Below, in pieces: positions 48,340 through 63,000 of a stretch of 64,000 bases of DNA; position 1 is the first letter of the stretch; the number at the start of each line of letters is the position of its first letter. The stretch comes from Eledone cirrhosa. Lineage: Eukaryota. The notes under the pieces are model-generated. The model saw only the letters and a program-made list of their open reading frames with translations. It was not told where the DNA came from and did no database searches. The position numbers were made by a program, and so were the translations under genes. The DNA lies in the NCBI GenBank assembly GCA_964016885.1, contig OZ024742.1, positions 64,666,001-64,730,000 on the forward strand, written 5' to 3'.

Positions 48340-50690
48340 TATTAAGTGGCCAGGAGGGAAGCTAGGAGACAAGTGTACTTAACAAGAAGGGAAGCAGAGG
48401 AAAGAAAGTTCAAGCATGTTCTACAGCGCGAGGACCAAAAACGTGAGGTGTTCAGGATTGCTAGGCAATGCGTCAAGGAAAACCGTGATATTGTCGGGGA
48501 GAAGTGTGTACTAAACGATGATGGCACACTTGCCATCACCGACGCTGATAAGAAGGTAGCTTGGAAGTGTCACTATGAAAGGCTACTAAATGAGGAGAAT
48601 AAATGGGAGAAAGACAGTCTCCCCCATATCGACCCAATAGAGGGACCAGCAGTGTTAGTCGAGGAGAGTATAATAAGTAAGGCAATCAAGGATATGAAGA
48701 CGGGTAAGGCGGCTGGGCCTTCGGAAATAGTTGCTGAGATGCTGAAGGCATCTGGCACGGTGGGACACACCATGGTCACCCGCATAGTTAACCAAGTCGT
48801 ACAGAATGGGGTTGTTCCGAAGGACTGGCATAGCAGCATCATCGTTAACTGTTATAAGGGTAAAGGAGACGCCCTAGATAGGAGTAACTATAGAGGTATT
48901 AAATTAATCGACCAGGTCATGAAGGTCACGGAAAAAGTAATAGCGCAACTAATCAGAGAGAGAATTGACCTAGATGAAATGAAGTTCGGGTTTGTGTCAG
49001 GCAAAAGTACCACAGACGCTCTTTTCATAGTACGACAACTACAGGAGAAGTACCTAGCTAAAGGTAAACCCCTCTACTGAGCTTTTGTCGACTTGGAGAA
49101 AGCCTTCGACAGAGTCCCCCGCTCCATTATCTGGTGGGCTCTTAGAAAACTAGGCGTTGACGAATGGCTTGTGAGGGCTATACAAGCCATGTATAAAGAA
49201 ACAGTCAGCAAGGTTAGAATTAACAACGAATATAGTGAAGAGTTTAGCGTAAAAGTTGGCATCCATCAGGGCTCTGTTCTCAGCCCCCTACTATTTATTA
49301 TTGCCCTTCAGGCTATAACAGAGGAGTTCAAGACCGGCTGCCCATGGGAACTCCTATATGCAGACGACCTGACACTCATAGCGGAATCAATGGCCGAGCT
49401 AGAGAAGAAATTCCAAACATGGAAGCACGGCCTAGAGTCAAAAGGACTTAAAATTAACCTGGCTAAGACTAAAGTTCTAGTTTGTAGGAAAGAAAACAAG
49501 GCGGCGGTCCCTTCTGGGAAATGGTCGTGCTCGGTGTGTAGGAAAGGCGTAGGTAGAAACTCCATTTTATGTCCTAAATGCAAAGTATGGGTGCATAAAA
49601 GATGTAGTGGGATCACAGGTAAGCTAACTAAGAACATAGATTTTACATGTGGCCGGTGTTCTGGTGCAATAAGTAGCAGCAAGTGCCCACAGAATACTAG
49701 CTCTTTCAATTCCGCAGAGGGTTCTATAGAAATAGTGGACAGCTTCCGTTACCTGGGCGATAAAATCAGCAGTGGGGGAGGGTGCTTTGAAAGTACAGTA
49801 GCTAGAGTCAGAACTGGTTGGAAAAAGTTCAGAGAGCTTATACCACTATTAGCTGCTAAAGGGTTCTCCCTAAAAATGAAAAGCAGGTTGTACGATGCCT
49901 GCATACGAACAGCAGTGTTGCATGGCAGTGAGACCTGGGCATTGTGTGCAGAGGATATACGCAGACTAGAGAGGAACGAAGCTTGCATGCTCCGCTGGAT
50001 GTGTAACAGTAATAAACGTGAACGGCAAAGCATAAACGAACTAAGGAAAAAATTAGAAATAAGAGGGATCAGATGTTGTTTACTTGAGAGAAGGCTACGT
50101 TGGTATGGACACGTGATGCGCATGAAAGTCGATAGCTGTATAACAAAGTGCAGGGCAATAAAGATAGACGGTAGCCACGGAATAGGCAGACCTAGAAAAA
50201 CCTGGGACGAGCTGATAAACTCCGACCTCACACACTTACACCTCTCCAAGACAATGTCACTGGACCGAGACCTTTGGCGGTACTCAGTAACAGAGAAGAC
50301 CCGCCTTGCCAGTAGGCATCTCTAACAAAATACACCCCGTCCCACCACCACCACCCCCACCCCATCCACACCACCCCGTTCTATGTAAAGTTATGTTGGT
50401 GCCGCGCCATCCAGGCCGAAACAAATGAGATCGTGTAGGTGTCACGACAAAAAAACACACAGTCCATGCTGTAATGTGGCTGTGTAGGCAACACGGTAAA
50501 AACCTCCCAGACCCACACTGTAAATGTGGTTGGTGTTAGGAAGGGCATCCAACTGTAGAAAACCTGCCAGACAGTCCTATGCGAGCAAGACAATCACTCT
50601 TGCCGCAAGTGGGACTACCCCCGTCCAAACCCATGCAAGCGTGGAACACGGACGTTAAACGTTGATGATGATGATGATGATGATGATGAA
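48340..50690 (+). mobile_element. 5'-truncated RTE LINE in the last COPS2 intron, antisense to the gene
   Basis: ORFs 48346-49080 and 49093-50325 with RT motifs split by one stop; 3' UTR and (GAT)n tail. Confidence 0.95.
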
Positions 50691-50919
50691 TGATGTAGTA
50701 ATGTAGAAAAACAGTGTTTCATCATAAAATAATCATTCCAGATTTTCATTTACATAGAATTTGAAGTTGGTGAAAATTGTCAAAATATTAATCCCAAATA
50801 TAAGCCAACTCCCTATTTTACCATCAATTTTTTGGTCATCTATTCCTCAGCTTATATTCGAGTATATACAGTAATAGTCGTATTGTTTTTAGTGTTCTCA
50901 TTTTAAATCCGATTAGCTT

Positions 50920-51445
50920 TGGATATTTTTACATTATTACAGCTCACACATGCAGAGTTAGTTGGTTTCCTATGTGGTGAAATCTCAAAGGAAGTTTCTT
51001 GGTTGTTTTAATGACAGGGATCCTAGTCCTATTATATATACATACAGCTATTGTAGTTGTTATGGCTCACACATATGCAGGTTTTGGTGGGCCTCTAAGG
51101 CTTCATCTCATAGGAGATTTCTTGGGTGTTTTAATGACTGAGGCCTCCATTCTTATTTTGTTGTTACAGCTTACACCCATATAGGGTTAGCCAGCTTCCT
51201 ATGAGGTTACATCACATAAATTACTTGGGTGTTTTAATAAGAGGGGCCTCCAGTCCTATCTTGTTATAGTTTACACCTATACAGGGTTAACCAGCTTCTC
51301 ATGAAGTTACATCTCATAGATTATATTTTTGGGGTGTTTTAAAGACGGGGCCCCCAATCCTATTTTGTTGTTACAGCTCACACCTATACAGAGTTAGCTA
51401 GCCTATGAGGTTATATTTCATAGGTGGTTTCTTGGGTGTTTTAAA
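50920..51445. repeat. Degenerate ~120-bp tandem repeat; related copies at 43905-44100
   Basis: Recurring TTACAGCTCACACC..CCTATGAGG..CTCATAGG..CTTGGGTGTTTTAA. Confidence 0.75.
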
Positions 51446-51708
51446 ACTTGCCCCATCCCTAATCAGGTCAGGTCACTATTTTTCTGGTGATAGGAGGTAA
51501 ATTTGAACTCAGAATGCTCAGAGCCAGGACAGATACAGCAAGGTAAAAATTCTGTCAATCCACTGTGCTTGACTGAGACTTTATTTAACGACCCATTTGG
51601 TTGTGGGTTCAGTCCCACTACAAAGCACCTTGAGCAAGTATCTTCTTCTATAGTCCTGGGTTGACAAGACTTATTGATGCAGTATATAATAAAAGACTAA
51701 AGACTTAC

Positions 51709-51767
51709 TGATCCAGTATACATGATACAAGTAAACTTTCAACTTCTTGTGGCATAATATTCAGTTC
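51709..51767 (-). CDS. COPS2: COPS2 penultimate exon (absent from the ORF track)
   Basis: ELNIMPQEVESLLVSCILD(H); ttttcag acceptor, gtaagt donor; 59 nt keeps frame. Confidence 0.95.
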
Positions 51768-52243
51768 CTGAAAATATAAAATGAAAAACAAAATTATAGA
51801 TTTCTAACTTTAGCACTGGGGGTCGATTTAATCGACTTTTCCCTCTTCCCAAATTGCTAGCCATGTGCCTAAATCAGAAGCTATTATCATTATTGTTATT
51901 GATGATGATTTACAGAGCAATTCAGTTAACTGAAAGTATCATTTCAATCATCCATTCAGGTATTTTATTTAAAGAATAATTTAGTTAACTGAAAGTATCA
52001 TTTCAGTCCTCCATTTGGGTGTTTTATTTAAAAAATTTACAGGTTCACCCGTGATCCATCCCTGCCTCATTCATTACTTAAGAAGGAAATATACATACAC
52101 CATGCCTCACATTTTTAACAGTCAGTATCCGCGGAAGGAAGAAATTTGAGTATGGTTACTGTATATTTACTTGTTTATATTACAAATACTGTATTGGTTT
52201 TATGTTTTGAACTGATAATAAATAATAATAATAATAATAATAA

Positions 52244-54370
52244 TCCTAACTGAATATACATATGATCACCTGATAACAAATGATCTATTTCCCAATGAGC
52301 AGAAAGGGTGTAAACGAGGCTCATATGGCTGTAAGGGTCAGCTTTTGGTTAACAAAATGATACTGGAAGATAGACACAAAAATCTATGAATTGCTTGGAT
52401 AGATTACAAAAAAGCATTCGATAGTTTGCCACACAGTTGGATTAAAAAGTGTTTAAAGATTTCCAAAATATCTCCCGTTGTCAGGAGGTTCTTGTCATTC
52501 AGTATGAAGACATGGAAAACGACACTCCTTTTGAATAGTGAAAAAAAAATCACTGGAAGCTGGAGAAGTTAATATCACAGCCTTTATTCTGCATCGCACT
52601 TATACCATTAAGTAAAATGCTCAATGAAACAAAACATGGATATAAAGTCTATGACAAAACCATTAATCACTTGTTCCAGATGGATGACCTGAAACTATTT
52701 ACAAAAAATGATGAGCAATTGCAAGGGCTATTATCCACTGTGAAGCAGTTCAGTGATGATATTAAAATGGAGTTTGGACTAGACAAATGCGCCAAAGCCA
52801 CGTTCACTAGAGGAAAGCTGCTGAGAAGTTCAGACATTAATCTTGATCGGGGAATGTGATAAGAGAACTTGATCAAGAGGAAACTTACAGATATCTAGGT
52901 GTTTGTGAAGGAGACGGAATGAAGCACTCGACAATGAGGGAAAGGATAAGGAAGGAATGTTACCGCAGAGTAAGAGCAATCTTAAGAACGGAATAGAATG
53001 CAAGGAATAGGATCGATGCCATAAACACGCTTGCCATACCAGTAGTAACCTGCAGTTACAATGTCATCAACTGGTCAAGCACAGAGATCCGTAGGCTCGA
53101 TACAAAAATTAGAAAATTCTTAACCATGCACAGAATGCATCACCCTAAGGCAGATACAGATAGAATATATCTCTCTAGGAAAGAAGGAGGATGTGGATTA
53201 ATCCAGTTAGATATTGCTTTGAAAACTGCAACAATTGGATTATCTACATATCTAAGGGAATCACATGATTGGATGATCAAACTCGTTTTGAAACACGAAA
53301 GCATCAAAAGATCATACTCCATTACAAAAGATGCACAAAGATACAGTAATGAACTACAAATTTCAGAAGTTCCATTTACTGCTGAAATGAAAAACACAGA
53401 AAAAGCAAAGCAGGTAAAAGTAACTGCAAAGAAAGAACTGCTACAGAAACTGGCTAAGAAATGGCAAGAAAAGCCTCTATATGGAAAATACCCAGAAAGA
53501 GCTAACAATCCTGATGTTGACAAAACTTTAACCCATCAGTGGTTGGCATCCCCTGGACTGAAATCGGAGACTGAAGGACTGATTATATCAGCACAAGATC
53601 AGTGTCGGTCAACAAAAAATTATCAAGCCAACATAATAAAATATGGATGCAACCCATTATGCCATGTATGTAAAAAACAACCAGAGACCATTGATCATAT
53701 AATTTCAATGTGCAGTCCTATAGCTCCAACCGAATACCTAAACAGGCATGACAGAGCTGCACAATACATACATTGGATAATGTGTAAGCATTTTGACCTG
53801 CCTCATCAAAAGAATTGGTGGTAGTATTAACCACCTCCCGTACTTGAAAAAGATCACATCTCAATCTTGTGGAAATTTAGCATCCAAACAGACTGAAAAA
53901 TAGATGCAAATAGACCTGATATAATACTGAAGGACTTTAAAAAGAGGGTATGCCTGCTAATTGATATGTCCGTTCCAATAGACAAGAATGTATCTATAAA
54001 AACATTTGAAAAATTGAGTAAGTATAAAGACCTGGAGATAGAAATTGGAAAAATGTGGAAGTTGAGAACTAAAACAATACCAGTGGTTGTAGGCGCTCTA
54101 GGAATGATACCTAAGGGGTCTAATGATTACTTATTGCAAATCCCAGGAAACCCGCGTATAGGAGAAATACAAAAGGTAGTATTAATGGGAACTGCCCATA
54201 TACTAAGGAAGATTCTGTCAATATAAGTACATCACAAGTCTAAACACCTTAAGATGAATGTGTGTGTATGTATGTTCTTTCTTGAACATGGCAGACCTTG
54301 TTGTCTCTTGAGGTCACTGGTTGTGACTTGGTGATAACTTGTATGAACATAAAGCAAGATAAATGTAACT
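52244..54370 (+). mobile_element. 5'-truncated R4/Dong-like retrotransposon (RT, CCHC, restriction-like endonuclease), decayed
   Basis: EQKGCKRGSYGCK, IDYKKAFDS, HLFQMDDLKLF, CHVC..ETIDHIISMC, RHD, NRPDI..ID.SVP..K..KY.DL; (TAA)n on both sides. Confidence 0.9.
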
Positions 54371-55159
54371 GTAATAATAATAATAATTGTTTCTACTTTA
54401 GGCACAAGGCCAGCAATTACCCAGTGCATTGCTGGTACTTTATTTTATCGACCCCGTAAGGATGAAAGGCAAAGTCAACCTCGGCAATAATGAATTTCAA
54501 TGTTTTATTTTTTTTCTAATGTCGGGAGTGAAATTACCTAGAATCATATATCATCATCATCATCATTTTACGTCCGCTTTTCCCTGCTTGCAAGGGTGGG
54601 ACGGATATATATATAGATATATATCATCATCATCGTTTAACATCTATCTTCCACGCTAGCATGGGTTTAGATGGGAATTGTCCCACTTGAGGCAAGATTG
54701 GTTGCCTTGCTCGTATAGGACTGTCTGGCAGGTTTTCTATGGCTGGATGCCCTTCCTAACACCAACCACGTTTACAGTGTGGATATATACCTATTTATTT
54801 ATCTATCTTATTTATATTACTAATCACATTGAGTAATGTGGATACTAATGGCATAAAAGTGCTCCATGTGTATATTTAAAAACAAAATTCACATAAAAAT
54901 ACATATTAGTAGTTTAATGTGATCAAAGTTCCCATTTTCAATTAAATGCTAACTATTATTTTCTAAAAATTCATGTTCATGGTTAGTAGGAAAGGAAGAC
55001 AACTTATCTATGAAGTACTTTTTAAGATGCACAGTGAATGTATCTATTGAGTCTAGACCAATGGAGAATAACTCCATTTCAACTGGAGGATTACATCTCA
55101 TCAAGTGCATGGAGAAATAAACACTGATGATGGTAAAGGTGATGATATCAAAATATTCA

Positions 55160-55432
<273 letters not shown>

Positions 55433-55444
55433 TTAAACAATGAT

Positions 55445-55850
55445 GATGATGATCATCATCATCGTTTAACAGCCATCTTCCATGCTAGCATGGGTTAGAC
55501 GGGAGTTGTCCCACTTGAGGCAAGATTGGTCGGGTGACCGTGTCTCACTCGTATAGGACTATCTGGCAGGTTTTCTACGGCTGGATGCCCTTCCTAACAC
55601 CAACCACATTTACAGTGGACTGGGAACTTTTTACCGTGTTACCTACACGACCACATTACAGCTTGGACTGGATGTTGTGGTACCAACATAACTTTATAGA
55701 GAAAGGGTAGTGTTGGCGGGAGTGGGAGGATGGAGTAGGGGTAGTGGGTTGGGGTGTATGTTTGGTTTGGAGGGGGCCTACTGATTGTAGGTTAACTTTG
55801 CACGTAGGGAAGGCGGGTCTTCTGTAATACTGCGTGACGCCAAAGATTTC
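55445..55850 (-). mobile_element. RTE 3' UTR / Ceph-domain fragment
   Basis: Reverse complement of the 50280-50690 UTR including GTTAGGAAGGGCATCCAG. Confidence 0.85.
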
Positions 55851-55984
55851 GATAAGGGGGAGCGGAGTTGATTAAATTACTTCCCTATAGCTATTAATAA
55901 TTTCTGAGTTATACACAAAGTCATCCATTTCAGCCTAGTATTGATTTCATATACACCCAACTCCTCTGAAAGTGTTATCATCAT

Positions 55985-56575
55985 CATCATTTCCCCCTGC
56001 AAGGGTGGGACAGGTCCTATTCAGCACAGCATCTCTCCACTTGTCACGGTCCTTCATGAGCTTCAGCGATCTGAGGTCCGCTCTCACCACCTCCGCCCAT
56101 GTTTTTCATGGTCTACCTCTACTGCGTCTTCCTTCTACTGGCATTTCTTGGTACTTCTTTACCCAGTGGTCATCTTCCATGTGCATCACATGTCCATACC
56201 ATCGCAGTCTTCTGTCCTGCACACTATAAGTTATCCCTCTTATACACAGTTTCTTTCTCAACTCGTCTATGCTTGGTCGTTCACGTACTTTGACATTACA
56301 CATCCAACGGAGCATGCCTGCTTCATTTCTCTCCAGCCATCGCATATCCTCTGCAGTTGCTGCCCATGTCTCACTACCATGCAGCATCGCACATCTCACA
56401 CAGGCATCATATAACTGGCCTTTCGTATAACCATTCTTTCTCAGAAGAGGAAGCAGCTCCCTAAACTTCTTCCAACCCGTCCTTATTCTAGATACTATGG
56501 CCTCGGAACATCACTCTCCCATGCTAATCTGATCACCTAGATACCAGAAGCTATCAACCACTTCTATAGAACATA
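55985..56575 (-). mobile_element. RTE LINE 3' fragment, different subfamily
   Basis: MLHGSETW...RLRWYGHVMHM...RGRP. Confidence 0.85.
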
Positions 56576-57375
56576 CCTGCATTTGTACTATGATAAAGTG
56601 CACCAGTCCATCTGTGAAGCGGTAGTGCTGGTGTCACAAAAAACACACCCAGCACACTCAACCATGTAAGATGATTGGCACTAGGAAGGGCATCTAGCTG
56701 TAGAAACCACACCAAATATCAAAAGTAACAAACAAGAGTGGTCACTCTGACCAATCTGGTCTCAGACTGCAACAACCCATACCAGCATGGAAAAAGGACA
56801 TAAAATGATGATAATGAGTATAGTCATTTAAATTGATCTCAATACTTAAGAGGTACCTTGTGTTATTGAGTTTGACGTAATTAAATACAGTAAAAACTTT
56901 CTGCCCCTAAACATTAGCATGTTGAACAACATTCTGGAAGTTCTGATTGAAATCATCGGAGATACTAAAAGTTATTCAAAACATACATAAATCTCTAGAT
57001 GTCCACTCCACCAACAATGCTGCTCCACTACTACATTTCTTTAGCCAAAATTTATATTTTTGCTCTCTAGATATTTACTGTGTTCAAGTTTGTATAGGAA
57101 AAGTCAAATGTTAGAGCATTGTTTCTCAAGTTAGGGTGTGGTGTGGGATTTCACAATTAGGTGTATATATACTATGCTATATACCATGCCATATACTATG
57201 TTCCCATGCTATACATTATAGTATATATCATGTTATACACTATACCATACACTATGGTATATATTATGCTATATACCATGTTATATATTAAGCTATATAC
57301 TATGATATATACTAACTTTGTCTGACCATGGTGAGGCACATGTTATTTTTAGAAAATCAATGTTGTGTGTAGTAA

Positions 57376-57568
57376 CAATAATTGTTTCTACTTTAGGCAC
57401 AAGGCCAGCAAATTACCCAGTACATTACTGGTACTTTATTTTATCGACCCCGTAAGGATGAAAGGCAAAGTTAACCTCGGCGGGATTTGAACTCAGACTG
57501 TAAAGGGACGTAACTATGCTAGAAAACATGGCGTCCAACCCTCTACCGATACTGCCAATTCACCGCCC
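57376..57568 (-). mobile_element. Meta/MESC-core SINE copy (others at 46430-46613 +, 54373-54487 -, 61823-61952 -, 6120-6210 -, 9020-9150 -)
   Basis: Shared core; TGTGTGTAGTAACAATAAT direct repeat at both flanks resembles a target-site duplication. Confidence 0.85.
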
Positions 57569-57707
57569 TTGTGTGTGTAGTAACAATAATGTTGAGAAAC
57601 ATTGTTACACTGTTAAAGCCATAAATAGGCAATGTAGTAATCCCAGAGTTATTTCCTTAGAGAAGTTTGATGAGGCTTGTTGAATGAATAAAGAGAATGT
57701 TGCCTAC

Positions 57708-57805
57708 CTTCAATATGTTCCCGGATAAATGGGTCTTCCATGATATTTTTGTTATTCCTCTGGAGGATTTTCTCAAATTCATCAATATCATTGTTCTGAT
57801 AAGCA
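57708..57805 (-). CDS. COPS2: COPS2 internal exon
   Basis: [32 protein letters not shown]; ttcag acceptor, gtaggc donor; 98 nt, phases join both neighbours. Confidence 0.96.
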
Positions 57806-58194
57806 CTGAAGACCACAACAACACCAGAGAAATTATCAAACACATACAAATTATATGAGAAAGATGTCAATAAATAACATTCAACTGTTCAATAAAATTG
57901 ATTATATTAAAATTTTTTTCCCCTTAATTAAACCAAACCAAATCAAACACACTGATACTTGATCCTGTTTCTTGGGCGGCAAGAATCTCCAAATCACAAT
58001 TATAAAGGCTGAGTTAATAACTTCACCAAGAAGAGAGCATTGGCAACTTAGTGTTTCAGTAGATCAGAGCTCAACATCAGTTACAACTACAACACTAAAC
58101 AGATGAGAGATAGATATATAACTGAATTGAACTCAACATTGCAAAAGAACTAACAACAGTGAAGTCACTGCTTATAAAGGTGGACTATATCATC

Positions 58195-58520
58195 CAGTGT
58201 ACCCACAGACTAGTGCAACTACACCCCTGTATACTGTACCACCAAGCACACCCACAGACTAGGGCCACTACATCCCTGTACATCCAGCCTACCCACAGAT
58301 TAGTGTCACCACACTCCTGCATACTGCACTCTGTACACTATGCCACCCAGAGTACCCACAGACCAGTGCTACCACACCCCTGTACACTGCAGCACCATAC
58401 CTCTGTACAGTCTACTACCCAAGGTACCCACAAACCAGTGTCACCACACCCATGTACACTATACCACCCAAGGTACATAAAGAGTAGTATCACTACGCCC
58501 CTGTATACTGTACCATCCAG
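58195..58520. repeat. Degenerate tandem repeat
   Basis: Recurring ACCCACAGAC.AGTG..ACCACACCCCTGTACACTG. Confidence 0.7.
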
Positions 58521-59542
58521 GGTATTATCAGTCTAGAACTACAAGGATTTAGCTATGAACTGTGACTTCAATGCAGCATTGTTGTCAAGGCATGTACTGC
58601 TGCCTCAGTTCTTTCTCAGTTTGATTGCTCTACCTCCATACGTTGTTTTGTGAGCGAGAAGCTTGCTAACTGATACGAAAATAATTACAACAGACCAAAA
58701 TCAAGCTGTGGGGTCTCAGACATCTTACATTCTAATTAATAATGTTCACCGAGTAAGTGAACGATGTCAGCAACAATGTTCACTGTACAGTGTTACCAAT
58801 TCACCACCAATGTTCACTGAGTCAGCAAACAGTTGATGCCAGTGATATTGACAGAGTGAATAGTATTACTAGCAATATAACAAGTGAACAATGTTACCAT
58901 CAATGTTCACTGAGTCAGTGTAACTAGCAATGTGATAAATAAGAGATCAGAATGATTGAGTGGCAAGGGCATTGAAATTGAAGATTCCTTCATTTGGAGT
59001 TTAAATCTATTGTGTTTTTGGTTAGGACATAAACTGTACCATGCTTTAGCTAAAGGTTTTAGGTGCCCATTAGTCGCGAGCAGACAGATATCTTATCAAC
59101 CCAACTTCCTTTGATACAGGATGTGAGAGCTGGAAAGAGAGAGGGCTGCACCAGCACTGGGCTTGTACTTTCTGTATTGACCCCTTCTCCCCTCCTCAGA
59201 AACAAAAGGCAAAGTGAACTTCAGCACGATTTGAACTCAAAATGCAGAGACCCCAGAACAAATACCCAACACTAATGACTGCCAAATCAACTGTCTTACA
59301 CATAAATTGCACAGCTTACATATTTGTTGTGGCTAACTTTGATAAACTAGTGTCTTATATCTAGGAGATTTATCTCTCATATCCATTTAAAGTTGGGGAA
59401 AACAAAGCTAACAACTAACTGATGAGTCTCTCGGGTGTCATAGAAGGATTGCCTCCCTTCCCTTTAAATGAAACGAACACAATTGTTTTTGAAAATTCTT
59501 CCAGAGGGGTTTAATACACATCCAAACTACCAAAAATACTCA

Positions 59543-60135
<593 letters not shown>

Positions 60136-60519
60136 CAAGAATATACTGCCTTTGTGTTTTAATTATCAAAATAATAAAAAAATTATGAGAAGTTTAGTGA
60201 AATAATTAACTTTTAACTCTACTCTCTCCTAACTCCGAGTGGATAAATCTTTCACCTTTAAACTTTCAATTTAATTAAGCAAGTATTTAACTACAGGAAT
60301 CTAATACTATCTGTCATATAATAATTAAATTTCAGTCCAAGGTTTGAATTAAATTTGAAGATTTTAATAGAGGCAGCTTAGGGTGTGTTGGTGTTTAAAA
60401 GGTTAAACCTATAGTAGGTCTATAGATAGAATAACATACTCCTTTTTTGTTCATTTAACATTTGCTTTTACCACTAGCAAGTGTTAGACAAGTCTTCCAA
60501 ATGACATCCATTTTGTTTG

Positions 60520-63000
60520 CAACTGTCCAGGCTAAGTTAATTCTAGATGTATTTTTCTGGTGTTGATCCCCAAACCAAAATACCTAAAATCCCCAACTCA
60601 TTTTTGGTAATTTCCATTTTGTGACAACTCAACTAACCCATGCTAGCATGGAAGAATGGATGATGATGATGACACAATATTACCTTCTTTGCAGATTGGT
60701 TGTGAAACAGACTTCTTCAAACTGAAGTCCAATTGTTTCAACAGCCCATTCCACCCACTGTAACAACAGCTGTACTTTTTTGCAGGTGTCTGATAAGAAT
60801 ACGATATTATCTGTAAAATCAGTATCAGTTATTGTACTTCAGGGTGTCTAGTACTACATCAAGGATATTGTATGAATCCTGTTTGATGAGTAAGATATGT
60901 AGCTTGTCTTATTGTATAGTGTGTTAATATGAAGAGGAACATCTGCTTTCAGTTTGAAGATGCCTGTTTCACCATCAGAGGACAGTACTTTTGCTTCAGT
61001 GCCATCATAGAGAGCAACTACTGCTGTCACAATTTGCAACAGAATTCCATATGCATCCATTATTTGTTTCAGTATTCCATGATGAATGGAATAGAATTGA
61101 AAAATTTGCTAAAATCAATGAATTTACTCCAAAATTTGCTAAAATCAAGGAATTTGTCCCAGCGTTGATCTATTTGAATGAAATCCATTTTGGTTCATGT
61201 GAAGTATTGATTCTAAATGAGGTTTAATTCTATGGAGTAGCATTTTTTTGTAGATTTTAGATGATATCACTATGAGATTAATTCCACAATAATTTTTGAC
61301 ATCACTAAGCTCATCTTTTTTGGAAGCAGAGTTATACTGCTTTTTTTCTCTCAAATTTTTAGCTTATCTCCATAAAAGATTTTATTAAACACTTTGAGTA
61401 GTGCATCAAGTAAGGCTTCATTATTCCAGACCTCAATTAGAATGTCATTGAGCCTTGCTTCTTTTCCGTTTTTGAAGGATTTGATTGTCTTCAATTGTTC
61501 ATCTTTTGTGAAATCATCAGTAACAATTGGTAATGTACTGTCAACTACTCATGTGATATATTGGTCTCTTATAACAGGTGGTCTTTCCATTTTTGTATGT
61601 GTTCCTTTGGCGTTTTAGCTTTTATCTTGCATGTTGATATATTTCCAGTAATTTCATTGACAGTTGTTGAAGCAATTTTTGATGATTAATTTTGTACTGT
61701 ATTTGATTTGTACTGATGTTGATTTTGTTGTTTACATATGTAGTAAGCTCTTCCTTATAGGTAGTTTCAAGATCATGTCTGGCTGCTTGGAAACAATCAT
61801 TATTTACCAGACTTTCATTTTCTAATAATTGTTTCTACTTTAGGCACAAGGCCAGCAATTACCCAGTGCATTACTGGTACTTTATTTTATCGACCCCGTA
61901 AGGATGAAAGGCAGTCAACCTCGGCGGGATTTGAACTCAGATTGTAAAGGGACTTTGTGCTTCTTGAACTGATTTTTGTTTGGTTTTAATCTTATCTCTT
62001 TCCCATGGTACACATTTTTCTTCTCTTATTTTGGTATGGATTGTTCAGCAGCTTCTTTATGGACAATCATGATGTTTTTATATATTTCATCAGTATTTCT
62101 TTCTTCTGTGTTTGCCTGCAGTGTATTGAAACAGTTTCAGATTTCAGTTGAGTATTTGATTTGGATAGTATCATCAGTTAGCAGTGTATTCCAATCATAT
62201 TTCACCTTCATTTTGGTTTGATTTTTATTGATTTTAGTTATTTTCACAGAAACAATTCTATGGTCAGAATTTACTGATGCAAAAGTGTTATAAGCTTCAC
62301 AATTTAGTGCACTGTTTCTTCATTTCTTATTTATTAAAATGTAGTTCAGTTGTGCTTCCAATTTATTGGGATATGTGAAGGTTCATAACTTTCCTATTCG
62401 TTTTTTGTATTGAAGATTAAGGTTTATCAGTCCACATTCTGTTGCAAAATCAAGTAAGGCCTGACCGTATCGATTTGTTTCTTGACAAAAAGAAAAATAT
62501 TTTGAATCTGTGCCCAATTTTAGCATTAAAATCACCTGTGTTTATGATCATGTTGTGCTTTGGGATATTTTTCACAAGTTTGTTCAGATCTTGGTAGAAG
62601 TTTATTGCATCTTCATCATCAGCAGAGTTTATGGGACTGTAACAACAAATAACAGTGATGGATGGGTTACCATTGAAAGTGGCTCTTATAGTTCTGATTT
62701 ATTGGCTCTTATGTTACAGAGTGCTTCATAGCTTTTAGGATTGAGTAAGAGCCCAACACTTTTTATTTTTACATTGTTACTTGCTTTTTCAGCAGATGTC
62801 ATGATAAGCATCCAACCTTTTCCCATTATAATATGGTGAATGTTGGCATCATCATGATATAAATGATGCTCTTGTATGCATATTACTTCAAGTCCTTGCT
62901 TTTCTGCGTTTGATGTCAATTCACTCACTTTCATTTAGGTATTTCGAGTATTGACATTGAAGTTGGAAACTATAAGTATTTTTTTACTTTTAATAAAGTC
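60520..63000 (-). mobile_element. Decayed AP-endonuclease/RT LINE, clade unassigned
   Basis: EVICIQEHH, QLNYILINK, NYCGINL, NQNGF..RST.GQI, AYGI...LY..T.AKV.S.DGET; many stops; SINE inserted at 61.8 kb. Confidence 0.78.

Noticed and set aside
58129-58195. Plus-strand ELNIAKELTTVKSLL resembling a COPS2 exon
   Set aside because: Wrong strand, no splice context; the true exon is at 51709-51767
59419-59490. CTGATGAG...GAAAC hammerhead candidate
   Set aside because: No stem II or stem I pairing could be built
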